Assembly: GCA_043813605.1 (NCBI GenBank)
Contig: JBDRKX010000101.1
Location: forward strand, 1-25,873
Direction: 5' to 3'
Source: Elusimicrobiota bacterium
GTDB taxonomy: Bacteria; CG03; SLGR01; JBDRKX01
Length of the DNA: 25,873 nucleotides
Both the position numbers and the translations under genes were made by a program. Shown here piece by piece: positions 7,551 to 15,707 of this stretch. The notes under the pieces are model-generated. The model was not told the origin of the DNA, ran no database searches, and was given only the letters and a program-made list of their open reading frames with translations. The stretch's first letter is position 1, and each line of letters starts with the position of its first letter.

Positions 7551-9061
7551 AACTCGAATATGCCTGCAAAACTGATGTAGGGAAAAAAAGAGATCATAAC
7601 GAGGATTCTTACGGTTTTTACCTGGATAAAGACCTTTTTTATGTGTGTGACGGGATGGGCGGGCATGCCGCCGGAGATTATGCAAGTAAAAAGGTTGTTG
7701 AAACAGTCACACAGCTGCTTGAAAAAGAAAAAGCCGGAGACAAATCTTTTGGTGACATGATAGTCAAGGAACCTGGAAATGTTACGGAAAAAGGCAGGTA
7801 CCTATCAACATTAGCCATGATAGCAAACAGGCTTCTTTTCAGGATAGCCGTTATGTATCCGAAGCTGAGGGGTATGGGAACCACATTCGCCTCTGTGATA
7901 TTTGATGAGGGTTTTGTCAATGTAGTAAATGTCGGGGACAGCCGCGTTTACAGGTTGCGCAGGGGACAATTAAAACAGCTTTCAGTGGACCACTCATGGG
8001 TTGAGGAATTACTTGAAGACGGTGAACTGAAGGAGCAGGAGCTGGGTCATTTCCGGGAAAAGAACGTTATAACCAGGGCAATGGGTACGGGCGCTGATTT
8101 AAAAGTAGACTGGAAAGCGGATATCGTCGAAGAAGAAGATATATATATGTTGTGTACAGACGGACTGTGCGGTGAGATAGAAGACGATGTTATAGAAAAG
8201 GTTATGAACGATAACAGCCGGGATCTGGATGCGGTGGCAACGGAGCTTATAAATGCTGCCAATAATGCCGGCGGATCAGATAATACAACCGTTATTGTGA
8301 TCAGAGCAGCGGGTGATGTTATAAAGCCTGCTGATATGAAATTCGATGAGATGGTTACTCTTTTCACCAATAATGAAGTAAATAATCTGCTTGACCGGTT
8401 CATTGATGCGAATTATAAACTTGCGGCCATAGATGTGCCCAAAGGAGTCGTGCGTGAGAGACAGAAGGTACATAAACACCCTGTAAGTATTGCTGTTATC
8501 GCTGTGCTTTTTATTTTCACGGTTCTTGTATTCATCAACAAACCGTGGATTGAAAGGACAGTCGTATCTTCGGATCTTAAACACGGGGATATACTTGTAA
8601 GGACAGACCCTCCGGGCGCGAAAGTAAAACTGTATTTCGGCGATGATCTTGTTGAAGAAAAACTGTCCCCCGCCGATTTTCTGTCACTTGAAGAAGGGGA
8701 ATATAGAATCGACATAGAAAAAGACGGGTATGAGGGTGATATGGTCGCTGCCACCTCAGTCAGGGGGCAGCAGGAGCTCCGTGAGATAGTACTTAATGCA
8801 CAGGCTAAGATACAGATATCCCTTGGTATTTCTCCGGGATTCGCGCCTGATGAAAAAATATATATCAATGAAAAAGAATGTAAATACTATGGTAAACCTC
8901 TGACAGTCAGGCGTATAGGAATGGTAGGTAAAAACATCAATATTGAACGCGGCAGAGAACACTCGATAAGTGTAGGGGAAGTAACGAAGACATTTTATGT
9001 CGGACAGGAAGATGACACCGTTAAAGTGAAGATTGAAGGCATGGATCTGCTTGTAGAGTAG
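7547..9061 (+). CDS. PP2C-family (Stp1/PrpC-like) Ser/Thr phosphatase with TM helix and extracytoplasmic PEGA domain
   Basis: PPM motifs are present: TDVGKKRDHNED, VCDGMGGH, GMGTT, NVGDSRVY, DHS, RAMG, LCTDGL, GGSDNTT. TM: IAVIAVLFIFTVLVFI. PEGA: VRTDPPGAKV...GEYRIDIEKDGY. Confidence 0.92.
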   Translation: MKLEYACKTDVGKKRDHNEDSYGFYLDKDLFYVCDGMGGHAAGDYASKKVVETVTQLLEKEKAGDKSFGDMIVKEPGNVTEKGRYLSTLAMIANRLLFRIAVMYPKLRGMGTTFASVIFDEGFVNVVNVGDSRVYRLRRGQLKQLSVDHSWVEELLEDGELKEQELGHFREKNVITRAMGTGADLKVDWKADIVEEEDIYMLCTDGLCGEIEDDVIEKVMNDNSRDLDAVATELINAANNAGGSDNTTVIVIRAAGDVIKPADMKFDEMVTLFTNNEVNNLLDRFIDANYKLAAIDVPKGVVRERQKVHKHPVSIAVIAVLFIFTVLVFINKPWIERTVVSSDLKHGDILVRTDPPGAKVKLYFGDDLVEEKLSPADFLSLEEGEYRIDIEKDGYEGDMVAATSVRGQQELREIVLNAQAKIQISLGISPGFAPDEKIYINEKECKYYGKPLTVRRIGMVGKNINIERGREHSISVGEVTKTFYVGQEDDTVKVKIEGMDLLVE

Positions 9062-9064
9062 AAA

Positions 9065-9096
9065 TTGAAAAAAATAAGGTAGTCTGTTATTATAAT
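9065..9096 (+). promoter_or_regulatory. Putative sigma70 promoter upstream of pilB
   Basis: TTGAAA (9065-9070), a 17-bp spacer, then TATTAT (9088-9093) with an extended -10 TG at 9085-9086. An overlapping TATAAT lies at 9091-9096. The site is in an AT-rich 57-bp intergenic gap. Confidence 0.65.
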
Positions 9097-9118
9097 TAAA
9101 GGACATAATTAAAATAAT

Positions 9119-10819
9119 ATGGTTTTTGCTCCATTAAATAAAAAAAAGAAAGAATTAGGAGAACTTCTTGTAGAACAGGGAGTTATCACCGAGGCCCAGC
9201 TCAAGTCAGCAGAGGAACAGCAGGCAGAGAGCGGGGAAAAGCTGGAAGAAGTCCTTATGAGGCTCGAATATGCGCCGGAGGAAAAAGTACTGAGCATAAA
9301 AGCCATTCAGGGAGGATTTACCTACCTTAAACTCAATAAAATCAATTTCAGTGAAGAGCTCCGTAAACTGATTCCCCTGGAAATGGTACGCAAATTCAAT
9401 ATTATGCCGGTTTCACATAACGGCGATGTTATAACTATCGCAATGGTCGAACCCGACAATGTGGTCATTATGGACGAAGTCAAGGCGCAGACGAACCTTA
9501 AAGTTACTTCAGTGCTGGCAAGTCTCAGGGACATAGAAAACGCGATTGAGAAATTATACGGCGGATTAGCCGGGCTGAGTGATCTTTCCGATGCCGTCGT
9601 GGAGGAGATCAAGGATTCCGAAGAGGAAGATACGCTGCTGCCGGAAGGGGAGTATGATGCTCATGATGCGCCTATAGTAAAATATGTCAACACGCTCATA
9701 CATGAAGGTGTCAGGCGGCAGGCGAGCGATGTCCACCTTGAGCCTCTTGAAGAAGGGGTGTCTCTGCGTTTGCGAATAGACGGTAAACTGAGGGATTTTC
9801 CGGGTCCGGCAAAAAGATCTTTTTCGGCAATTGTCTCCAGGATCAAGATCATGGGCAATCTGGATATAGCTGAGAGAAGACTTCCCCAGGACGGAAAATG
9901 CAGGGTAAAAGTAGTCGGCAACAAAGTCGATATAAGAGTATCGACATTGCCTACTATACACGGGGAAAAAGTGGTTATGAGGATTCTGCAGCGTTCCAGC
10001 CATTCGCTTGCCCTTGATGATATGGGGTTCAGCGAAGATGATTTAGACAAATATAAGGAGGCTCTGGAAAATCCTTACGGTATGATAATGGTTACCGGTC
10101 CTACCGGAAGCGGAAAAACAACAACACTGTATGGAGGGCTGAGCCATATAAACAGGCCCGAATCCAATATTATTACCATAGAAGACCCGGTAGAATTCGA
10201 ACTTTCCAGGATAAATCAGGTACAGGTGAAACCGGTTATAGGATTGACTTTTGCTGAGATACTGCGCAGGGTGATGAGGCAGGATCCCGATATTATAATG
10301 GTAGGGGAAATCAGGGATACGGAAACTGCCGAGATAGCAATCCAGTCCGCGCTTACCGGCCATCTTGTACTTTCAACACTCCATACCAATGATGCCGTAG
10401 GTACGTTGAGCAGGCTGAAGTTCATGGGTATAGATTCATTTCTTATAGCGGATGCTGTGCAGGTGGTTATGGCCCAGAGGCTTGTCAGAAAAATATGCCC
10501 GATCTGCAAAGAGAAACAGGAAGTCCCTGATAATATAATAAAAAAACTCGACTTAAAGGCAGAGGAAAACGTTACATTTTATTATGGCAAAGGATGTGAC
10601 GAATGTCTCGGAACCGGGTATTCCGGCAGGATAGCTGTATATGAAGTATGCAAGCTTACCCAGCCGGTTAAAAAACTTATCATGACAGAAGCAGCCGATT
10701 ATGAAATAAAGGACAAAGCCATGGAAGAGGGAATGAGAACCCTCAGGGAAGGCGCAATAGACAAGCTTAAGGAAGGCATTACGACTGTAGAGGAAGTGCT
10801 TACGGTGACATTTTCTTAA
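9119..10819 (+). CDS. pilB: Type IV pilus assembly ATPase PilB (GspE/PulE family) with N-terminal MshEN-like domain
   Basis: ASDVHLEP, LDIAERRLPQDG, Walker A GPTGSGKTT, EDPVE, RQDPDIIMVGEIRD, GHLVLSTLHTND, Zn-binding CPIC...CDEC, GYSGR. Confidence 0.96.
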   Translation: MVFAPLNKKKKELGELLVEQGVITEAQLKSAEEQQAESGEKLEEVLMRLEYAPEEKVLSIKAIQGGFTYLKLNKINFSEELRKLIPLEMVRKFNIMPVSHNGDVITIAMVEPDNVVIMDEVKAQTNLKVTSVLASLRDIENAIEKLYGGLAGLSDLSDAVVEEIKDSEEEDTLLPEGEYDAHDAPIVKYVNTLIHEGVRRQASDVHLEPLEEGVSLRLRIDGKLRDFPGPAKRSFSAIVSRIKIMGNLDIAERRLPQDGKCRVKVVGNKVDIRVSTLPTIHGEKVVMRILQRSSHSLALDDMGFSEDDLDKYKEALENPYGMIMVTGPTGSGKTTTLYGGLSHINRPESNIITIEDPVEFELSRINQVQVKPVIGLTFAEILRRVMRQDPDIIMVGEIRDTETAEIAIQSALTGHLVLSTLHTNDAVGTLSRLKFMGIDSFLIADAVQVVMAQRLVRKICPICKEKQEVPDNIIKKLDLKAEENVTFYYGKGCDECLGTGYSGRIAVYEVCKLTQPVKKLIMTEAADYEIKDKAMEEGMRTLREGAIDKLKEGITTVEEVLTVTFS

Positions 10820-10820
10820 A

Positions 10821-11901
10821 ATGAGCGAAGCGGCAGGCAAAATAAGAGATCTTCTTGAGATGATGGAGCAAAGATCTGCATCGGATCTTCATCTTACCGT
10901 GGGTATGCAGCCGTTTATAAGGATAAACGGTGAGATCATACCGACGGGAATGCCGATTGTCAGTCAGGAAGAATGTGAATCAATGCTGTTCAGTCTGATC
11001 AGTGAAGAACAGAAGAAAAAATTCTATACAGAAAAAGTACTCGATTGTTCATACGGCGAGAAGGAGATAGGACGGTTCAGGATTAATATTTACCGCCAGC
11101 GCGGTACAATAACAGCCGCAATAAGAAGGCTCCCTGCGAAGGTGCCGGGTATAGTTGAACTGGGATTACCAGAAGGAGTAGTAAAAAAACTGTGTAACCG
11201 GTCCAGCGGTTTGATAATAATAGCGGGTCCTGTGGGATGCGGAAAGACCACGACAATGGCTGCTATGGCGCATTATATAGGATCAAAGAGGAATTGCCAT
11301 ATTATATCCGTAGAGGACCCCGATAGAATATATAATACAGAGTACAAAAAGTATAGTTCACCAGAGAGAGCTTCATACTGATACACTGAGTTTTGCCGAT
11401 GCCCTGAAGTATGGGTTAAGGGAAGATCCCGATGTGATGCTTGTCGGAGAGATGCGGGATCTTGAAACGATATCTTCGGCACTGACTGTTGCTGAGACCG
11501 GGCATCTGGTACTGGCGACATTGCATACTTCTGCAGCGGGAGAATCAATAAGCAGGATAGTAGACGTATTTAATGCGGTACAGCAGTCTCAGGTAAGAGT
11601 TCAGTTGTCTTTCTCGCTGGCGGGTGTAATAAGCCAGATGCTTCTGCCGAATCAGGACGTAACAGGCCGTATACTTGCCACGGAAGTGATGGTGGCGACC
11701 CCGGCTATAGGAAGTCTTATACGCGAGAACAAGATAGAGGGGATATATTCACATATTCAGATGGGAGGGCAATACGGGATGAGGACAATGAACCAGTCAT
11801 TGTATGAACTGGTAAAGAAAGGTATAATAAGCAAGGATGTAGCGATAGTCAAGTCGCAGCGGCCCAAGGAACTGCAAAAGATGCTCGATGAGGATATATG
11901 A
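10821..11901 (+). pseudogene. pilT: Retraction ATPase PilT interrupted by a +1 frameshift (true mutation or assembly error)
   Basis: The 5' part has ASDLHL, GRFRINIYRQRG and GPVGCGKTT. Removing one C from CCCC (11318-11321) gives EDPIEYIIQSTKSIVHQRELHTDTLSFADALKYGLREDPDVMLVGEMRD. This joins ORFs 10821-11381 and 11434-11901 into one 359-aa PilT. Confidence 0.93.
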
Positions 11902-13127
11902 GTAAATACGTATATAAAGCAAGAGACAAACAGGGTAAACTGGTTGAAGGTATCGTCCAGGCTGAAACTTCAAGGGAAGTCGTAACAGCGTTAAACAGCA
12001 AAGAACTCATAGCGATATCGGTAGAGAGAGTCGAAGATATTGCAGAAAAGAAAAAAATAAAAGACAGGGTATCGAAAAAATCCCTTAAAACCAAAGACAT
12101 CTCGATATTCTGCCGGCAGATGGCTACAATGATAAATGCCGGAGTGAGTGTTATCGAAGCGGTTACTGATATAGGGCAGACCGCAGCTAATCTGAAATTA
12201 CGGCAGATACTCAGGAAAGTCGCAAATGACATTAAAATGGGCAGTTCTCTTTCCGAATCTCTCAAAAGGCATCCGCATGTATTTAACAAAGTATTTACGT
12301 CAATGATGCTTGCCGGAGAAGAGAGCGGGAACCTCGATGTAGTGCTGCTTGATCTTTCAGGCTATCTTGAAGCCACAGTAAAACTCAGGAGAAGAATAAA
12401 GGCGGCAAGCATGTATCCGGGGTTTGTAGCCACATTCATGTTAGCAACAGTAGCCGGCCTGGTGTTCTTCCTGGTGCCGCGTTTTAAAAAGCTGTTCGCT
12501 TCATTAGGCGCGGAACTGCCTCTTCCCACAAAGATAGTGATGTGGTTCAGTGACGCTGCGGTAAGGAACATACACTGGATAATACTGATATTAGCGGGAC
12601 TTGTGTTCCTGGTATACAGTTTCTACCAGACAAAGGTAGGCCGTATGAGAATAGACAGGTTCCTTCTCGGAATTCCTATAATGGGTATGATAATGACAAA
12701 GGTGGTGTTTACAAGGTTTTTCCAGACAATGGCCACATTGCTGAAAAGCGGCGTGGACATCGTAGCTTCGCTTGAGATCGCCGGAAAAGTAGTCGATAAC
12801 GTATATGTCGAAAAATTAATAAATAATATCAGGCTGAAGATCATGGAGGGTTCGACAATGTCTGGCGAAATGAATAGGGAAGCAATGTTTCCCAGAATAG
12901 CCATAAGGATGACGGCTATTGGTGAAAAATCCGGGAAACTTGATGAGATGTTCATGAAAATATCGGAATACTATAATGATGAGGTAGATGCCACTGTGGA
13001 AGGTTTAAGCTCCATACTCGAACCTGTTTTGATTGTGATATTGGGCGTAGTGGTGGGAATGTTCGTTCTTGCCATGTATCTGCCGATATTTAAAATGGCT
13101 ATGGCCATGGTCAGTCAGGGGCTTTAA
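11898..13127 (+). CDS. pilC: Type IV pilus inner-membrane platform protein PilC (GspF family)
   Basis: YVYKARDKQGK, FCRQMATMINAGV, AGEESGNLD, ASMYP, LPLPT, GEKSGKLDEM, LEP...AMYLPIF. Three TM segments. Confidence 0.96.
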   Translation: MSKYVYKARDKQGKLVEGIVQAETSREVVTALNSKELIAISVERVEDIAEKKKIKDRVSKKSLKTKDISIFCRQMATMINAGVSVIEAVTDIGQTAANLKLRQILRKVANDIKMGSSLSESLKRHPHVFNKVFTSMMLAGEESGNLDVVLLDLSGYLEATVKLRRRIKAASMYPGFVATFMLATVAGLVFFLVPRFKKLFASLGAELPLPTKIVMWFSDAAVRNIHWIILILAGLVFLVYSFYQTKVGRMRIDRFLLGIPIMGMIMTKVVFTRFFQTMATLLKSGVDIVASLEIAGKVVDNVYVEKLINNIRLKIMEGSTMSGEMNREAMFPRIAIRMTAIGEKSGKLDEMFMKISEYYNDEVDATVEGLSSILEPVLIVILGVVVGMFVLAMYLPIFKMAMAMVSQGL

Positions 13128-13144
13128 AAACAAATATGTAGAAA

Positions 13145-13163
13145 AAGGAGAAGGAGAAGGAGG
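13145..13163 (+). promoter_or_regulatory. Triplicated Shine-Dalgarno (AAGGAG x3) before the major pilin
   Basis: AAGGAG AAGGAG AAGGAG G at 13145-13163. The last AGGAGG is 6 nt before the ATG at 13170. Confidence 0.75.
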
Positions 13164-13169
13164 AAGTTT

Positions 13170-13580
13170 ATGAAGAACAAGAAGAAAAAGATGGGATTTA
13201 CACTTATCGAACTTGTTGTTGTGCTGGTGATTATAGGAATATTATCTATTATCGCTGTGCCGATGTACAGGGGATATGTAGGAAGAGCTATGGCATCAGA
13301 GGGCCGTGCGCTGCTCGGAGCTGTTGCGGGGTCTGAAAAGATCTATTTTGCAGAGTACGGGGTGTTTCTGTTAGTAAATCTTACGGGACATGACCCGGAG
13401 CTCGACGTCGATTCTACAATGAACACTTATTTCAGGTCGTACTCGGTGGCGCTTACGAACACAAGCCTGGGGTTTGAGGCGACGACGAGCGGGGTCACCG
13501 GCGGCGGTGCTGAGGGTATAACCGTGACATTCGACCAGTACCCGAATTCAGCGCCTGTAGTTGAAGTTACCGGTGTATAG
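13170..13580 (+). CDS. pilA: Type IVa prepilin, probable major pilin
   Basis: Short basic leader MKNKKKKMG|FTLIELVVVLVIIGILSIIAVP with E5, G14 and P22. Mature protein is 127 aa. It has a very strong RBS and a downstream stem-loop. Confidence 0.9.
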   Translation: MKNKKKKMGFTLIELVVVLVIIGILSIIAVPMYRGYVGRAMASEGRALLGAVAGSEKIYFAEYGVFLLVNLTGHDPELDVDSTMNTYFRSYSVALTNTSLGFEATTSGVTGGGAEGITVTFDQYPNSAPVVEVTGV

Positions 13581-13639
13581 ACTGTACGTAATACTCTGAA
13601 ATTACCGGAAACAGTTTAATATTGCCGGGAATGATAGAT

Positions 13640-13684
13640 TGCCGGGTTTGAGAGGCCGTGAAAACAGGCTCTCAAACCCGGGCA
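13640..13684 (+). other. Strong stem-loop after pilA (mRNA stabiliser or partial terminator)
   Basis: Perfect 13-bp inverted repeat, CCGGGTTTGAGAG (13642-13654) / CTCTCAAACCCGG (13669-13681). The inner part can fold as GCC-GT-GAAA-AC-A-GGC, giving a GAAA tetraloop. No U-tract on either strand. Confidence 0.75.
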
Positions 13685-13750
13685 GAAGGATATTATAAAG
13701 TAAGAACAAAAGCGGAAGAATAACGTATTCCGTATAATGTGGATTGTTGT

Positions 13751-14269
13751 ATGTTTTTTTGGGCTGAAGATATAAAAAAAAACGGGTTTTCAGTAGTAGA
13801 AATGGCTCTGGCTGTTGTCATAGGGAGTATACTCATGACAACGGCAGCTATGATGCTTTACCAGATACAGACAAGTATGTCAAGAGGTGAACAGGACCTG
13901 ACACTCCTTTCAAATATGAGGCATGCAAGGATGATGATACAGAGTGAGGCCAGGAAAGCGAAAGATGTTAATATAGTCTCGGGTACTGAGATAAATATGT
14001 ATTATCTTGACGCGGCAACCAGGACTATAAAACTGAGCGGTACTGATCTTACTATGGATGACTGGTCAACCGGAGTGAATCCTGATTATCTACTATCTAC
14101 CGATATAAAGAATATTAATATAATCTATCACGATACGACTACCCAGTCATCGATAAAAGTATATTTGGAACTTGAAAAAATAGTTACTCATCATACTGAC
14201 GGAATTCACGCAGTAGTAGAATCGAGCGATACATTTGTGACAAAATTAAGGAATAAAAAAACATATTAA
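13751..14269 (+). CDS. Minor pilin, PilW/GspJ-like
   Basis: Class III signal KKNG|FSVVEMALAVVIGSILM with E5, and ...IQSEARKA helix. C-terminal VTKLRN resembles the end of PilW/GspJ-like pilins. The ATG at 13751 is preferred over the GTG at 13739, but the start is uncertain. Confidence 0.75.
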   Translation: MFFWAEDIKKNGFSVVEMALAVVIGSILMTTAAMMLYQIQTSMSRGEQDLTLLSNMRHARMMIQSEARKAKDVNIVSGTEINMYYLDAATRTIKLSGTDLTMDDWSTGVNPDYLLSTDIKNINIIYHDTTTQSSIKVYLELEKIVTHHTDGIHAVVESSDTFVTKLRNKKTY

Positions 14270-15664
14270 ATGGCTGATAAAAAGAAAGAAAAGGGAATGG
14301 TTCTGATGCTGGTGGTCATGTTCACCGTAATGCTGACAATGCTCGGCAGCGCGTATTTCTTCATCAGTCACAGGGAAGCTATACTGGCTCTGAAAATGGA
14401 GCGCATCAAGGTATCGTTTTATGCGGCGGAAGGCGGCGTCGAAAGAGCCAAGGCGTGGCTGGCTGATTATAAAGGAAGTATTGAGACCGATTACGGCCTG
14501 ACTGCGCTGGATCCGTTCGGCGGATGGCAGATTGTATCCGGAGGTGAAGCCAAGTTCAAGGCGCATATCGATCCGGATGATGATAACTGGGGTAAGGTAA
14601 GTAAGACTTATATTATTGTGTCATCAGGCAGTCCGGTCTGTCCGGCCGGCTCGGTTGGCTCGAGCATGACAAAACCTGTTATAGAGCAGGTTATCAGGCT
14701 TAATCTTGACAGATACGCCTTTGTTTCCGATAAAGAATGGGATGATGCTGACGGCGCGACAGGCAACAATGGGAATCAGAGGAATTATTTCTGCTATCTT
14801 GACGAGTTTAACGGCCGCGTGCATTCCAATGACCAGGTAAGCATACTCGGCGGAACCGGCGGTATATATGGTGATCCCATGTTCAGCACTTCAAGCGCCA
14901 TACCGCTGGTATACCAGATATCTACTTCGGAAGATATCTGGTACTGGAGTGACGGATTGAGGTCCGGTGGCGGAACCGGCGGGGGGCAGGATCTGCCGCT
15001 TAATGATACGGATATATATCCTGTTCTTAATAATGAAATTATGATCTTTGACGGATTTAATATGGGGGAACTGCAGAGTATGGCAGGATGTACGATCGAC
15101 GGAGATAAGGTCATATATATCAGGGATAATTCTATCCAGTATGATGTCGCGAATGTAGTTATTCCCGTCGGCGGTCTTCTGGTCTGGGTTGACGGTAACC
15201 CGACTATCCTGAGCAATCCGGCTTTTGAATTTACAGGAGACCTTACAATAGCGTGTTCCGGCGGTATGACGATCTCGGGAAACATAATCTGCGCGCCCGA
15301 TCCTAATAAGGGGATAATAGGGCTTGTAGCTACCGGGAACATAGTTATAGATGTTCCGAGTCCGGAGGCATACGGTGATGTGAAAATAGATGCTTTTCTT
15401 AAAACACCGAACAAGATAGAATCGCCTGCCTGGTCGAATGCCGCTGTTCCGCCAAGCCGCGTAATAGTCTTCGGCGCGATGGTGCAGGGCGTCCGCGGAG
15501 AGCTCGGAGTTCTCCTGCCGGATACATACGGGGTGACACAGTACCGGTCAGGATATGCCATAAAGAGCACCTACGATTCGCGGGTGATCGAGACGCCTCC
15601 GCATGATTATCCGACATCCGGTTTTATCACCACGGTCTGGTGGAAGGAAAAACCTACACAATGA
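14270..15664 (+). CDS. Large PilX/GspK-like minor pilin with C-terminal beta-rich (DUF4900-like) domain
   Basis: KKEKG|MVLMLVVMF lacks E5, as in PilX/GspK. SFYAAEGGVERA is a PilX_N motif. Further motifs: FNGRVHSN, LTIA...ISGNI, IGLVATGNI, GAMVQ...RG, GY...YDSR...PP. Confidence 0.8.
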   Translation: MADKKKEKGMVLMLVVMFTVMLTMLGSAYFFISHREAILALKMERIKVSFYAAEGGVERAKAWLADYKGSIETDYGLTALDPFGGWQIVSGGEAKFKAHIDPDDDNWGKVSKTYIIVSSGSPVCPAGSVGSSMTKPVIEQVIRLNLDRYAFVSDKEWDDADGATGNNGNQRNYFCYLDEFNGRVHSNDQVSILGGTGGIYGDPMFSTSSAIPLVYQISTSEDIWYWSDGLRSGGGTGGGQDLPLNDTDIYPVLNNEIMIFDGFNMGELQSMAGCTIDGDKVIYIRDNSIQYDVANVVIPVGGLLVWVDGNPTILSNPAFEFTGDLTIACSGGMTISGNIICAPDPNKGIIGLVATGNIVIDVPSPEAYGDVKIDAFLKTPNKIESPAWSNAAVPPSRVIVFGAMVQGVRGELGVLLPDTYGVTQYRSGYAIKSTYDSRVIETPPHDYPTSGFITTVWWKEKPTQ

Positions 15665-15707
15665 ACTGTGAACAGGAAATGCGGGGATATCGTAAGGAGT
15701 TTTATAG

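Noticed and set aside
5304..9061. Type VI secretion Fha/PppA module
   Set aside because: No TssB/C, Hcp, VgrG, TssM or ClpV genes are present, and both proteins have ectodomains unlike T6SS Fha and PppA.
11434..11901. Separate 155-aa gene starting at GTG 11434
   Set aside because: It is the C-terminal half of PilT. Homology in this frame extends upstream to the frameshift at ~11320.
13640..13695. Canonical Rho-independent terminator
   Set aside because: There is no U-rich tract after the stem on either strand, so it is reported only as a stem-loop.
13733..13738. TATAAT before the minor pilin as a promoter
   Set aside because: There is no -35 or extended -10 element, and it is very close to the start codon. 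The support is too weak.
13581..13750. c-di-GMP riboswitch or other ncRNA in the pilA spacer
   Set aside because: A GAAA-capped hairpin is present, but I could not find the second stem or the GGCAAA/GACGCAAA-type conserved elements. An Rfam scan would settle this.
14794..15570. Long antisense ORFs (258 aa here; also 19852-20574, 22792-23505, 20884-21489, 6887-7426 and others)
   Set aside because: They lie wholly opposite well-supported genes, are S/F/I-rich mirror translations, and show no recognisable motifs.
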